This document shows, in pieces, positions 51,201 through 60,947 of a stretch of DNA of 64,000 nucleotides (positions are counted from its first letter, which is position 1; the number at the start of each line of letters is the position of its first letter). The notes beneath the pieces were generated by a model. The model was not told the DNA's origin, made no database searches, and saw only the letters and a list, made by a program, of their open reading frames with translations. The translations under genes were made by a program, and so were the position numbers. Source of the stretch: Escherichia phage vB-Eco-KMB43; the sequence record OR525698.1; one strand, written 5' to 3'.

Positions 51201-51998
51201 ACAGCGCAAGTTGTTGATAGTAATGCTATCGCTTTCGGTAAAATCAATGATGGTGGATTAGTCGAGCATTACGCCTTTGCTATGGAACACAATGGCGACG
51301 CGACAGCATATAGAGACTTTATTGCAGGTCGTAACCTGTATGCGAAACAAGGCGGTTTATACATTGTTGACCAGTCTAATCCGGCAATGACTCGTTCCCC
51401 AGATGGTATGCTGAATATCGGTCACGGTGGAAGTGTTAACATCAAGGCAGGTCATCAAACGTTAACTACAGAGATCGCCGGACAGAAATATCAGATCGTA
51501 CACGCAGGAAACGCTGACGAAGTTCTTAACCGTCAGTTTGTTAAGAATGCTGGCGATACAATGGTCGGTAAGCTGACTATGGATAATGCGCCTATTGTTT
51601 CTGTTAAGCATGAAGCTAGCGCGGCAACCGCTCCGGCAATCGGTAACATCGGTTTCTGGAATATGCGAGTTACTACCCAGAACATCAAAGAAACTTATCC
51701 AGAGAAGAAAAACGGTACTCTGATGCAATGGGGTACTGACGCGGACGGGCTTACCCAGCTTTGGTCCCCTGATGGTACTCATAAACATTATATCCGTTCC
51801 GGTACTGGTGGTCAATGGACCGCATGGGGCGAAATTTACACCAAACAGAACAAGCCTACCGCTCAGGAAATCGGGGCAGTTGTTGCCGAAGGTGGTTTAA
51901 TGAACTCTATGACGGTTCGTGACTGGATCAAGGTTGGTAATGTTAAAATCATCGCCAATAATCTGACTCGTACCGTAGATTTTATCTGGGAAGACTAA
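48258..51998 (+). CDS. 34: long tail fibre proximal subunit gp34
   Basis: 1246 aa; N-terminus, internal repeats (RRGIARIATQAET..., RRGVVEIATQHETN..., TPKKL...) and C-terminus RDWIKVGNVKIIAN...FIWED match T4 gp34. Confidence 0.9.
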   Translation: MADFSQHFKATFGFDAGNEKVVNVAYADKNTSTDAVNVEFFNYHNGITQYDTTRGYDQYGTTIYQNRPYYAKEDIAKPAGDFDPTKWQALRTDPRWDYVAATSGDTPLKSGDYIAADCQFANLTFSMPTNPAEGDTITVKDIGGKCGVNELSFLAAGHEFYHNGVVNNRKWYCTTPYAMNYFIFVRNRWHVYQTGTEPRGVYAQPSIDPIQMQNGDQVFRRSSLGNIVLMLPKFANNGDMIQTTDLDGLTATNHVTVKVHEGAQEQSIGTFGVKEIVGKRSGHGVFIFDKPENLWRLWDGDQSVRLNPIISDTRLSPNSYVAVFGDRDVTLTLPTNVEPGDRIQVSMQYMHGNQTCRIVTSEEDTKILMQKNMVQFPKRSEYPFNGTDTWTGVSELSFNAANDYVPYLEFSYSEGDDGKKYWLVAHAHPIVERVDPTRKDRVGVIALATQDETNKNHEDNPSDEVAVTPKVLANKTANETRRGIARIATQAETHQDTGSSFLDDVIVTPKKLNNCVATEDRRGVVEIATQHETNEGLDDTRAITPKKLEERRASEDLAGIAEIVQVGGNAAALRGEAGTGIYNINDHAKIVTPQNINEVKATETSRGVGYLATDAEVQGATESTPQDALLITTRTLTKRTATESRTGIAEIATQEETNLGQSDNHIITPKKLHTRRATETLHGLAEIATQPEFDAGRDDSRISTPLKIKTFFENAQRLKVDPTQGLNLTGDLWQGIMISGLDATEDTKGVAKVATTQLTDAGQDDTTIITPKKLQGKKATEGKEGIIRVGTQAETVAGTLANVAISPKNFKYVVQTEDTWKATEARRGFLKVATQENCFVGDNLQGSTQELGNYQHDGIAVTPKGLNYALANFLPKMATAQNSLKLGNVEAAKWARRDIDQTIESNYTFNKNVNVKGDLECLKSGSFETLSVTKNSTDDPSNGHLVLGERGVDGHTGITLHGTTASEGMENSWSIIVGGTGTAQVVDSNAIAFGKINDGGLVEHYAFAMEHNGDATAYRDFIAGRNLYAKQGGLYIVDQSNPAMTRSPDGMLNIGHGGSVNIKAGHQTLTTEIAGQKYQIVHAGNADEVLNRQFVKNAGDTMVGKLTMDNAPIVSVKHEASAATAPAIGNIGFWNMRVTTQNIKETYPEKKNGTLMQWGTDADGLTQLWSPDGTHKHYIRSGTGGQWTAWGEIYTKQNKPTAQEIGAVVAEGGLMNSMTVRDWIKVGNVKIIANNLTRTVDFIWED

Positions 51999-52031
51999 TT
52001 AAAGGGGGCGAAAGCCCCCTATGGGGTTATT

Positions 52032-53171
52032 ATGACACAAGATATAGAATTACGCAACACCGGAATTAAGTTTGCGCATTTCGACGAAGACTCCGCGACA
52101 TTTACAAGCATTTCAGAAAATAACTCTGTGATGTATAAGCTGGAAGTGCGCGGATCTAATGCGGATTCTACCAAACCAGCAAGGATTAGATTTAATGGAG
52201 TGGAGATAGTTGGCACTGGCTATGAAAATGGCCTAAATTTTAAAGTTCTTACTCCAACTGGACAACTACACGAAGAAAAGGTATTCTATGGTCGCGGTGC
52301 TGTTTTGGCAATGCGTGATTATCTCTCTTTGCTGAAAGGTGACTATATCATTGCGATGGCAACGCATGGAGAATTGTTTGCAGATCCGATAAGTGATGTT
52401 GTATTCTCTAAGATGGGATCTGTATCATTCCCGAATCACATTTTGCTACAGCAAATGCCTCGTGTATCCTATGCAGCAATTTATTCTACTAAAATGGGCA
52501 AAATTGTGTGCGAAGGGATGCAAGCAACGAACGGGGAAGGTCAAGATTCGTCTATACAGATCGAGAAAGTTTATGATACTATAGACGATCTTGCAATAAC
52601 AGGAACACCACAACGATTTTTAGATTATCCGGTTGAATATGTTAGCGAAGATGCCGAACATTTCGAGCTAATACAATGGCCTCATGATGAGATCAGCTCA
52701 CCACTTGAAGATTTTAACATAAAGGCAGGTGACAAACTATCAATATCCTTTGAATTGTTCCGTGATAGTGCCGCAGCCGCAGCCAACGTAACAGCGCGTT
52801 TCTATCACAACTACTTCACTGATGGACAATATCAAACTGGCGTTCGTTATAATGCCAGCCAGAAAGATCAATGGGAAAAGTTTGAAGCCGTCTATACCGT
52901 ACCGGAAGGAGTTGATAGTGTTACCACTGGTTGTATCAGATATCCAACCAACTCAAATGAAGGTATTGTTAAAATTAGAAACATACTAATAACGCCGATC
53001 AGTGGAGTCGTCAAAACTACTGGTCCTACTTCATTTGGTGTTAACGGTATTAGAACAACTCACATTCAGGATAACGGCAATTTCGATAACCCTGTTATGA
53101 GTCTTCTTAAATTACCTAGAGACAATAAACATATCACATCCAACAACTTTAAAGAGTTCGATGTTGATTAA
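52032..53171 (+). CDS. 35: long tail fibre hinge protein gp35
   Basis: 379 aa (T4 gp35 is 372 aa) in syntenic position between 34 and 36. Confidence 0.75.
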   Translation: MTQDIELRNTGIKFAHFDEDSATFTSISENNSVMYKLEVRGSNADSTKPARIRFNGVEIVGTGYENGLNFKVLTPTGQLHEEKVFYGRGAVLAMRDYLSLLKGDYIIAMATHGELFADPISDVVFSKMGSVSFPNHILLQQMPRVSYAAIYSTKMGKIVCEGMQATNGEGQDSSIQIEKVYDTIDDLAITGTPQRFLDYPVEYVSEDAEHFELIQWPHDEISSPLEDFNIKAGDKLSISFELFRDSAAAAANVTARFYHNYFTDGQYQTGVRYNASQKDQWEKFEAVYTVPEGVDSVTTGCIRYPTNSNEGIVKIRNILITPISGVVKTTGPTSFGVNGIRTTHIQDNGNFDNPVMSLLKLPRDNKHITSNNFKEFDVD

Positions 53172-53182
53172 CATTTTTAACA

Positions 53183-53210
53183 AGCCGATCCTCGTGGTCG
53201 GCTTTATTTT
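53183..53210 (+). terminator. rho-independent terminator after gene 35
   Basis: AGCCGA-TCCTCGTGG-TCGGCT hairpin followed by TTATTTTTAT. Confidence 0.65.
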
Positions 53211-53332
53211 TATACAGTTGGTTAAAACATAACCAAAACGAAGAAAGATCTTTAGAATAATAGAAAATTTGTTTCGGTTAAAAAGTAGTCAGTGCCTACG
53301 GCACGTCGCGAAGCGATATTTTGTTAACATTC

Positions 53333-53340
53333 TATAAATA
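53333..53340 (+). promoter_or_regulatory. T4-type late promoter TATAAATA upstream of gene 36
   Basis: Exact TATAAATA 34 nt upstream of the gene 36 ATG. Confidence 0.6.
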
Positions 53341-53373
53341 CTCGGAACTATAACTAATTTTTGAGGTTACTTT

Positions 53374-54864
53374 ATGGCAGATTTGAAACATGGATCTACT
53401 GTAGGCGGATCTCCCATTTGGACGCAAGGAAACTTGACGATCCAGCCAGCGGGTGATCAGCTTTTCTATAAAGGTCATAAAATCTATACCGCTTTTGATA
53501 AACCTTCGGCTGCCGATTTTGATGCTGTTAGTGCATCTGAGGGTGGTACATTTCAGAAACTGGTCCATTTTGAGGAAGGTTTAAGCGTAGGTAGCGCATC
53601 CGGTGGAGAAACCAAAAAGAACGGGATCTTTAAAGGAAAGAGCGATGCGGCTAACTTTGATGGTGTAAGTTGGGGTTTGCATTCGTGGAAATCTATTGGT
53701 TTTGTTAATGCTCGTGATGATGTTATCATGGCTTATATTGACACTACCACAGGTGATTTTAAAACTAAAGGGACCATCGAAGGGACAACCATTAAAGACA
53801 CTGGTCAACGCGTCTATAGTCCTGTTAATAAGCCGACAAACAATGATTTGGATTTGGTGTCTCGTCGCGGTGATACTCTCACGGGAACGTATAATTTAAA
53901 CACGGCTACATTTAAACTTGATGTTAATTCGAAAATACTTGCGCGGGATCGTGGTTTCATTGCTTTCGATTCTAATGCCATTTATTTTGGAAATAGTCTT
54001 GATACTTTGGCATTCAGTAGCAAAAACGAGCCGACAATTTCTGTTAATGGCAAGGCAGGTAGATTCTACCACACCAACAATAAACCGACTAAAGCCGATG
54101 TTGGACTAGGTAATGTCACCAATGATGCACAGGTTAAACGTGCTGGTGATATTATGGAAGGTAACTTGCAAGCGCCTAGAATGTTGGCGACAAACGATCC
54201 TGCTGGTCCTAATGAATTGGTTCGTTTGAGCTACTTTGAGAAAAAATCAATGGTAGCAAATCCAACAATCATTGGAAACGTTGATTGGAACACTCTTATT
54301 AATCGCGGTATCTATCGTGTGGAAAATGCTGGATCAGGTACTAATAAACCGTCTGATAGCTATTATAACGGCGTTTTGATGGTATATCGCCCAGAAGATG
54401 CGGTCGGTACTCGTCGAATTGTTCAGGTATACTATCCTGAATCTATTGATCATCCGATGTGCTGGCGTTCTTGTTCTAATGAATCATGGACCGCATGGAA
54501 CTATGTAGATCACCGTAAATTGGCTGATGCTCGCTATGTTAATGTGACTGGCGATACCATGAGAGGTGCTTTGACAGTTCCCGCTGCAAACGGCGTTCGT
54601 ACCGCAAAAGCTAACTATAATGGTGATAATTGCTACGCTGGACTTAATAGCTTAGATGGCACAGCAATGATTCATCGTGTTAGTGATATTAAAGCGCACG
54701 AGAAACTAGGCATCACACATGATTCTAAAATTATTTTCGTTAAATCACGCAACAATACTCAGGACACCGATACATTTGAATTATACCACGAAGGACACAA
54801 ACCAACTCCTGATGATGTTGGCGCTGTTCCGCTTAATGCGGTAATTGATTTTGGTACTTTCTAA
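53374..54864 (+). CDS. 36: long tail fibre distal connector gp36 (extended, 496 aa)
   Basis: MADLKHGSTVGGSPIWTQGNLTIQPAGDQLFYKGHKIY matches T4 gp36 MADLKVGSTTGGSVIWHQGNFPLNPAGDDVLYKSFKIY; more than twice the T4 length. Confidence 0.85.
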   Translation: MADLKHGSTVGGSPIWTQGNLTIQPAGDQLFYKGHKIYTAFDKPSAADFDAVSASEGGTFQKLVHFEEGLSVGSASGGETKKNGIFKGKSDAANFDGVSWGLHSWKSIGFVNARDDVIMAYIDTTTGDFKTKGTIEGTTIKDTGQRVYSPVNKPTNNDLDLVSRRGDTLTGTYNLNTATFKLDVNSKILARDRGFIAFDSNAIYFGNSLDTLAFSSKNEPTISVNGKAGRFYHTNNKPTKADVGLGNVTNDAQVKRAGDIMEGNLQAPRMLATNDPAGPNELVRLSYFEKKSMVANPTIIGNVDWNTLINRGIYRVENAGSGTNKPSDSYYNGVLMVYRPEDAVGTRRIVQVYYPESIDHPMCWRSCSNESWTAWNYVDHRKLADARYVNVTGDTMRGALTVPAANGVRTAKANYNGDNCYAGLNSLDGTAMIHRVSDIKAHEKLGITHDSKIIFVKSRNNTQDTDTFELYHEGHKPTPDDVGAVPLNAVIDFGTF

Positions 54865-54868
54865 TTCT

Positions 54869-54890
54869 AGCGGGGATTATCCCCGCTTTT
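54869..54890 (+). terminator. rho-independent terminator after gene 36
   Basis: AGCGGGGA-TTAT-CCCCGCT hairpin followed by TTTT. Confidence 0.65.
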
Positions 54891-54931
54891 CTAAATAATA
54901 TTATTCTAACAACCGTTAAGGATTTTATAAA

Positions 54932-57730
54932 ATGGCAGATTTACAGAGAATCCAATTTAAAAGAACAAGTACGGCAGGTCGCAAGCCGGATGCGAATATT
55001 CTAACTCCGGGTGAACTTGCTATTAACCTAGCGGATCGAGAACTATATACAAAAGATGACAGCAATAATGTAATTACTTTGGGACACTTTCGCGGTGAGT
55101 TGCCATCTGATGCAAATTTAGATAATTATGGACCTACTGGTAAATTTACTGGCGTTTGGTCTAAATCAACTTCAACAAATGCGCAGCCAGCAAATAAATT
55201 CCCAGAAGAGAATGCTGTAGGTGTATTAGAAGTATTTGTGGCTGGTCAATTTGCTGGCACTCAGCGTTATACTGTTCGGTCTGGTAACGTTTATATCCGT
55301 TCTTTGTCTGCGAAATGGAATGGCGTAGATGGTCCATGGGGTCCGTGGCGCAATATTCAAACTGGCACACGTCCACTATCAACTACACTAGACTTGAATA
55401 CTTTAGGTGATGCTTCTCATTTTGGGTTATGGCGAAATAGTTTAAGTTCCATTGCATCATTTTCTCGAAATTACCCAGAAGAAGGTGGTCTCGCGCAAGG
55501 TCTTTTAGAAATTTATGAAGGTGGTAACTATTCTCGCACGCAACGTTATACTACCCGAATGGGTGTTGTATATGTTCGTTGTCTTGCTGGTGCATGGGAT
55601 CCAGAAGCTCCGAATTGGGGACCGTGGCAACAAGTAGGTATGGTTACTCCAAACACATTCTATGACGGGGATCTTAATAATTTTCGTTCTCCTGGCTTGT
55701 ATAACATTTTAGGGACTGATGCCGTTATTAACCGTCCAGTTGCAGAAGGTGTTCCGGTTGAGATGACCGGATTGCTTGAGGTTAAACAGCGTGCTTCCGG
55801 TGCCGCTATTTTCCAACGTTTCACTACCGCAGGAACGGGTGCAACTACGCGATCTCGCGTGTTTGAACGTGCGATGACAAATAACATCTGGGGAAATTGG
55901 TACGAAGTATATACGTCCTATTCTATGCCGATCACTCTGGGTATGGGTGGTGTTAAATCTCAATTAGCGGAGCTAGACTGGCAAACCTTTGATTTTGTCC
56001 CTGGTAGTATGTTTAGTGTTCCTTTGAACAAAATAAAGAATATGCCAGCAAATATGGATTGGGGGACGATTGACGGAAACTTGGTTATGTTTTCTGTCGG
56101 TCCTAGCGAACATACCGGAACGGGTCGAACTGTTCAAGTGTGGCGCGGTACTGTATCTCAGGCGAACTATCGTTATTTCGTTGTTCGTATCGCTGGTAAT
56201 CCAGGAAGTAGGACTAATACTTGTCGTCGTGTTGTTGTGGAAGATGGTCGCCACACATGGACAGCGCAACAAGATTTTAATGGTGCAGTTAACTTCGGTG
56301 CTCCTACCAATTTTAACTCTACTGTTAACCTTAATAACACTACCACATTTAAAACAGAAGTTAAATTCCGCTCATCTAATGCATTCCGTATGTATGGCGG
56401 TAATTTTGGCACAATTTTCCGTAATGATGGTGAAAGTCTTTATATTCTTTCCACCGACGAAAATGATCAAGATGGAAACTTTAATACAAATAGACCTTTC
56501 CGCTATCAATTAAAAACTGGCGATGTTACTTTGGGTGGCACTAGCGGTGCTAACGCTTTAGTATTAAAAGGCGGTTCTCTTGCTGCTACCTTTAGCGGTG
56601 ATGTTAATTTAAGTAAAGGTACGCTGACGTTTGAAGCGGGTGGTAAGCAATCACGCGATTATTTCCGGTTTAATCATTGGGGTGATAGCAATAACGCTCG
56701 TGATAACATTATTCAGTTAGAAGATAGTAAAGGCGCTCATTTTTCCACTGAACGTACTTTAGCGACGGGCGCAATTAAAACTAAGTTCTTTGGTGAAGTT
56801 GAATCCGATGGTCGATTGACTATTAAACGTCCTGGTGATGCTATTGTATTATCAACAACTGCTGGTAATGCTTTGCATATTCGCGGTGATATAGACGGGA
56901 GTGGTAACTGGTATATTGGCAAGGGTGGTGCTGATAATTCGCTAGCATTTTATAGCTATGCTACTCAGGCGGCAGTACATATAACAAACAATGGTGAGAT
57001 TGCGTTAAACCCGCAAAATACCGCAATGGTTAACGTTAACCGCGACCGTGTACACATTAACGGTTCTGGATGGATTGCTAGACAACCGGGTGATTGGGGC
57101 AACCAATGGCGAGTAGAAGCTCCATTATTCGTTGATCATGGTTATGTTGGTCAAGATAGTTATTATCCTATTCTTAAAGCAAGAAGCGTTATAACCAATC
57201 AAGGATATAGCACCGCTGTTGACTTTGGTATGCGTCGTATTCCATCACAGTGGGGGCAAGCAATCATTCGCGTCGGATCCACGGAGGCTTCTCCTGATGC
57301 TGGACACCCACAAGCTATATTTGAATTCCATCATGATGGATTCTTTTATACACCAGGAAATGGTAGCTTTAGCGATGTGTATATTCGTTCTGACTCCCGT
57401 CTCAAGATTAATAAAGAAGAATTAGAATATGGAGCGGTCGAAAAAGTTTGCCGACTGAAAGTTTATACATACGATAAGGTTAAGTCTATTAAAGATCGTA
57501 GTGTTATTAAACGTGAAGTTGGTATTATTGCTCAGGATCTTGAAAAAGAATTACCGGAAGCTGTGTCTAAAGTTGAAGTTGATGGTTCTGATGTTCTGAC
57601 AATTTCTAACTCGGCAGTGAATGCTCTTTTAATTAAGGCTATTCAGGAAATGAGTGAAGAAATTAAAGAATTGAAAACGCCTCTCTTTACTAAAATTGCT
57701 CGCAAAATTAGTAAATATTTTAAATTCTAA
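54932..57730 (+). CDS. 37: long tail fibre distal subunit gp37 with C-terminal intramolecular chaperone (peptidase S74-like) domain
   Basis: MADLQRIQFKRTSTAGRKPDANILTPGELAINLADRELYTKDDSNNVITLG matches the T4 gp37 N-terminus; C-terminal ...IRSDSRLKINKEELEYG...VGIIAQDLEKELPEAV... matches the endosialidase-chaperone signature. Confidence 0.85.
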   Translation: MADLQRIQFKRTSTAGRKPDANILTPGELAINLADRELYTKDDSNNVITLGHFRGELPSDANLDNYGPTGKFTGVWSKSTSTNAQPANKFPEENAVGVLEVFVAGQFAGTQRYTVRSGNVYIRSLSAKWNGVDGPWGPWRNIQTGTRPLSTTLDLNTLGDASHFGLWRNSLSSIASFSRNYPEEGGLAQGLLEIYEGGNYSRTQRYTTRMGVVYVRCLAGAWDPEAPNWGPWQQVGMVTPNTFYDGDLNNFRSPGLYNILGTDAVINRPVAEGVPVEMTGLLEVKQRASGAAIFQRFTTAGTGATTRSRVFERAMTNNIWGNWYEVYTSYSMPITLGMGGVKSQLAELDWQTFDFVPGSMFSVPLNKIKNMPANMDWGTIDGNLVMFSVGPSEHTGTGRTVQVWRGTVSQANYRYFVVRIAGNPGSRTNTCRRVVVEDGRHTWTAQQDFNGAVNFGAPTNFNSTVNLNNTTTFKTEVKFRSSNAFRMYGGNFGTIFRNDGESLYILSTDENDQDGNFNTNRPFRYQLKTGDVTLGGTSGANALVLKGGSLAATFSGDVNLSKGTLTFEAGGKQSRDYFRFNHWGDSNNARDNIIQLEDSKGAHFSTERTLATGAIKTKFFGEVESDGRLTIKRPGDAIVLSTTAGNALHIRGDIDGSGNWYIGKGGADNSLAFYSYATQAAVHITNNGEIALNPQNTAMVNVNRDRVHINGSGWIARQPGDWGNQWRVEAPLFVDHGYVGQDSYYPILKARSVITNQGYSTAVDFGMRRIPSQWGQAIIRVGSTEASPDAGHPQAIFEFHHDGFFYTPGNGSFSDVYIRSDSRLKINKEELEYGAVEKVCRLKVYTYDKVKSIKDRSVIKREVGIIAQDLEKELPEAVSKVEVDGSDVLTISNSAVNALLIKAIQEMSEEIKELKTPLFTKIARKISKYFKF

Positions 57731-57766
57731 CAACAAGGGGGCATTGCCCCCTTTGGAGTATAAATT

Positions 57767-58549
57767 ATGGCAGTAGTTGGTGTTCCTGGTTGGATTGGAA
57801 GTTCAGCCGCAAATGAAACAGGACAAAGATGGATGAGTCAAGCGGCTGGTCAATTAAGATTGGGTGTTCCTTGCTGGATGATTCAATTTGCAGGTCGCTC
57901 GCGAGAAATTATTCATACACTTGGTGCAGACCATAACTTCAACGGTCAGTGGTTCCGTGATAGATGCTTTGAAGCAGGTAGTACACCTATAGTGTTTAAT
58001 ATCACTGGAGATTTAGTATCATATTCTAAAGATGTTCCTTTATTCTTTATGTACGGAGATACACCGAATGAATATGTTCAGTTGAATATACATGGCGTAA
58101 CGATGTATGGTCGTGGCGGGAATGGCGGTAGCAATGGTCCTGGATCAGCCGGGGGGCATTGTATTCAAAATGATATTGGTGGGAGACTAAGAATTAATAA
58201 TGGTGGAGCTATTGCAGGTGGCGGTGGCGGTGGCGGTGGTGGGTATTATTCTCCTTTTTCACAAATGAGATTAACCTTTGGCGGTGGCGGTGGGCGTCCG
58301 TTTGGTGCGCCGGGCGGATCTATTGATATGCAATCAGGCGCAACTGCTGGTACTCTTTATGCGCCCGGTTCGGGGTCCGTGAACGGTATCTATAATGGTG
58401 GAAGCGGTGGTGAGGTAGGCGCCGCAGGAGGTAGATGTAATATTCGTGGTCAAGGATCTGAATATAATGGCGGCGATTCTGGATATGCTGTTATAGGGTC
58501 TTCTCCAACGTGGCAAAATCGCGGAGCTATTTACGGACCGGCTGTTTAG
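57767..58549 (+). CDS. 38: gp38-type tail fibre adhesin with glycine-rich motifs
   Basis: 260 aa; poly-Gly islands ([37 protein letters not shown]) typical of T2/T6-type gp38 adhesins; position after gene 37. Confidence 0.75.
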   Translation: MAVVGVPGWIGSSAANETGQRWMSQAAGQLRLGVPCWMIQFAGRSREIIHTLGADHNFNGQWFRDRCFEAGSTPIVFNITGDLVSYSKDVPLFFMYGDTPNEYVQLNIHGVTMYGRGGNGGSNGPGSAGGHCIQNDIGGRLRINNGGAIAGGGGGGGGGYYSPFSQMRLTFGGGGGRPFGAPGGSIDMQSGATAGTLYAPGSGSVNGIYNGGSGGEVGAAGGRCNIRGQGSEYNGGDSGYAVIGSSPTWQNRGAIYGPAV

Positions 58550-58612
58550 ACGCAATTATAAAAAGAATTAAGGAAAACTCCCACGGAAGGGAACTACTAA
58601 GGAGAAACGGCT

Positions 58613-58852
58613 ATGGTCTATAATATCGTCATTGGTGCTTTGTCTAATTTCGGAATGAAACTATTGTCAAAGTTAATTAGTGAAAAGATGCTCACTAAAA
58701 TTTTCTTCTATTGCGCTCGTCGTCTTGCGGCTTATACCAATACGCCAATTGATGATCGTTTTGTGGAAGAACTTTATAAGGAGTTTAATAAAGATCAGTC
58801 AGAAGATAGTAACGAGCAAGATAAACCTAATGATAGTCAACTACCTAAATAA
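58613..58852 (+). CDS. hypothetical protein (79 aa) between gene 38 and holin
   Basis: Intact ORF with hydrophobic N-terminal segment and acidic C-terminus. Confidence 0.45.
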   Translation: MVYNIVIGALSNFGMKLLSKLISEKMLTKIFFYCARRLAAYTNTPIDDRFVEELYKEFNKDQSEDSNEQDKPNDSQLPK

Positions 58853-58885
58853 GAGTACACTGTCATAGTTATCTTAGGGCATTAT

Positions 58886-59542
58886 ATGCAAGTTTCTGAA
58901 AAAGGGAAAGACTTTGCTATCTCAAATGTCCTGCGCGCTATTTTCACAACTAAAAGCACGGAGTTGCTCGTACTTCGTGTTTTTGCTGCCGTCGTGTTGT
59001 CCATATTAGCATTTGTCGTTTATAGTAAAAACGAGTTATTTGCGCTTTATAAAGAGACTCGTTATGAGACTTATGCTCACATTCTCCAGGTAGAGAAAGA
59101 CCGCAATTTTGATAATGCAGCACAGGAGCAGTTACAGATAGTTCATGTGTCGGCTGATGCCGATTTTTCTGCTGTTTTTAGTTTTCGTCCGAAAAACCTA
59201 AACTATTTTGTTGATTTGGTGGCATATGAAGGAAAGTTACCGCATACAATCGATGAAAAAAATTTAGGCGGATTCCCTATCAATAAAACGAGTGAAGAAT
59301 ATCGTAGGCATCTTTTAGGTAAATCATATTTTACCGATAAAGATTTCCAGTATATTCCATCAAGAGAAAAGAAATTAGAGAGTATCGATATAGGGTTTAT
59401 GTATTCTTGCCCTATATTCAATCTCGATAATGTCTATTCTGGTAGTATCTCCATTGCATGGAAGAATAAACCGGATATTGACATTGAGAATTTAGATACT
59501 CTTTGCAATCAATCTGCCAGAATCCTCGGTAGGATTAGATAA
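58886..59542 (+). CDS. t: holin T
   Basis: 218 aa; ...EQLQIVHVSADADFSAVFSFRPKNLNYFVDLVAYEGKLP...YSCPIFNLDNVYSGSI...ARILGR matches T4 holin. Confidence 0.9.
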   Translation: MQVSEKGKDFAISNVLRAIFTTKSTELLVLRVFAAVVLSILAFVVYSKNELFALYKETRYETYAHILQVEKDRNFDNAAQEQLQIVHVSADADFSAVFSFRPKNLNYFVDLVAYEGKLPHTIDEKNLGGFPINKTSEEYRRHLLGKSYFTDKDFQYIPSREKKLESIDIGFMYSCPIFNLDNVYSGSISIAWKNKPDIDIENLDTLCNQSARILGRIR

Positions 59543-59550
59543 CTTAAAGG

Positions 59551-59580
59551 GGGAAGCCTTTCGGCCTCCCCTTCTTTTTT
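59551..59580 (+). terminator. rho-independent terminator after t
   Basis: Imperfect GGGGGAAGCC...GGCCTCCCC hairpin followed by TTCTTTTTT. Confidence 0.6.
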
Positions 59581-59827
59581 ATTGACGCATAGACGCGCCT
59601 GAATCGCATTTTGACGCTGTATGATGAAAACATGTAGCGTACCAGTCATCGGCTTGTTTGTCTTCGTCAGAAAACGCGTAATTTCGTTGTATGCCGTTTT
59701 CTACTTTGACCAGTGCAATAGCTGTTTCTGGAAGATCAATCAATCGGACAAAATCACCATCTTCCCACTCTACACGAGCAATATCATAGCCCATCTCAAA
59801 GTATACAATCGCTTGTTCTAATTTCAT
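59579..59827 (-). CDS. hypothetical protein (82 aa)
   Basis: Intact ORF; start overlaps the upstream stop. Confidence 0.5.
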   Translation of the reverse strand: MKLEQAIVYFEMGYDIARVEWEDGDFVRLIDLPETAIALVKVENGIQRNYAFSDEDKQADDWYATCFHHTASKCDSGASMRQ

Positions 59828-60153
59828 TCTGGAAACTTCCCGTAAACATTCTCTGCCAACTTACGTGCATCGTTTACAATATCTTTCATGTAATGACTAT
59901 AATTTTTAGCTAGATCAATGATGCAATCAACAAAGAAGTAATAGCGTCGCAGTGCTACCAGCTCAACATCTTCAAGATGACCATTTTCTCCAATCGCTGA
60001 AATATGTTTAAATTCCTTTCGGATCGCGTCCATCGCTACATTAACTTCTTTTATAATATCTTTCGTATTATATGCACCTCGACTAATCAAAATTTTGGTT
60101 AGGTCTTCTGCTTTTTCGTGAAAGTTGTCAATTTCAAACTCGATCATAATCAC
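59824..60153 (-). CDS. hypothetical protein (109 aa), paralogous to ORF 60262-60594
   Basis: C-termini ...DARKLAENVYGKFPE and ...DEARIMTENIFGKF align between the two ORFs. Confidence 0.55.
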   Translation of the reverse strand: MIMIEFEIDNFHEKAEDLTKILISRGAYNTKDIIKEVNVAMDAIRKEFKHISAIGENGHLEDVELVALRRYYFFVDCIIDLAKNYSHYMKDIVNDARKLAENVYGKFPE

Positions 60154-60261
60154 CTCTCATAATTTCACGCTGTTGTGTCAACATTTTTTCGTGGTTTGCT
60201 AATTCTATACCTTGTAATAGCATAACCAGTGCAATTTTCAATGATTCATCATCTTTCATAA

Positions 60262-60594
60262 TCAAAATTTACCGAAAATATTCTCTGTCATAATTCTTGC
60301 TTCGTCGATTATTTTCGTCATGTTCATGGTGTAGTTATGATCATTTAGTGCTTTAATGACAACGAGCAAGGAATCTAAAAACACTCGATACCGGGTATAT
60401 TCTACGCTATTTGTGAATACCGATGTTTTCTCTACTTTATCGATCAGATAGCCTAAAACCGATAGAGCCTCGTTTACTTCCCTTGTTACTTTATCGGCGC
60501 TAAACAACACCGGATAAAGACGCGGTGTGATTAACCGCGCTGCCTCTTTCAATTCGGTCGCTTTCCATGATTCATATTTGTCATAGTTAAACAT
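60262..60594 (-). CDS. hypothetical protein (110 aa), paralogous to ORF 59824-60153
   Basis: See paralogue; intact ORF. Confidence 0.55.
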   Translation of the reverse strand: MFNYDKYESWKATELKEAARLITPRLYPVLFSADKVTREVNEALSVLGYLIDKVEKTSVFTNSVEYTRYRVFLDSLLVVIKALNDHNYTMNMTKIIDEARIMTENIFGKF

Positions 60595-60606
60595 TGTATA
60601 ATGTCC

Positions 60607-60939
60607 TTACAGATGAAAACCTGTTACAATCACCGCATCGATCATACCGCTAGGAATAAACGGTTCACCCTCTTTTATTTCAACTTTGAATTGATGCCAT
60701 TTCGCTAATACTTCTTCCAGTACACCCAGCGATTCGGCGTCTGCTTTGGTGTCATCTGTCACCCATTCCGGATTCATGAGAGCATAGTTTACATAGTCCA
60801 TTTCTGGGGTCATGTCATCAATGTTAATATATTTGTAGTTGACGCGTTTCAGAATTTCAAATTCTTTATTATCAACCTGTACCATGTATAATTCAGTAGT
60901 TTCTGGAATCAGTTCCCACACAATCAGTACATTTTTCAT
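60607..60939 (-). CDS. hypothetical protein (110 aa)
   Basis: Intact ORF. Confidence 0.5.
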   Translation of the reverse strand: MKNVLIVWELIPETTELYMVQVDNKEFEILKRVNYKYINIDDMTPEMDYVNYALMNPEWVTDDTKADAESLGVLEEVLAKWHQFKVEIKEGEPFIPSGMIDAVIVTGFHL

Positions 60940-60947
60940 AGTTCACC

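Noticed and set aside
41501-57752. GGGGGC-N3/4-GCCCCC hairpins at 41501, 52008 and 57737 as terminators
   Set aside because: Not followed by a T-run on the transcribed strand; more likely RNA-stability or processing hairpins, so reported only as a low-confidence feature
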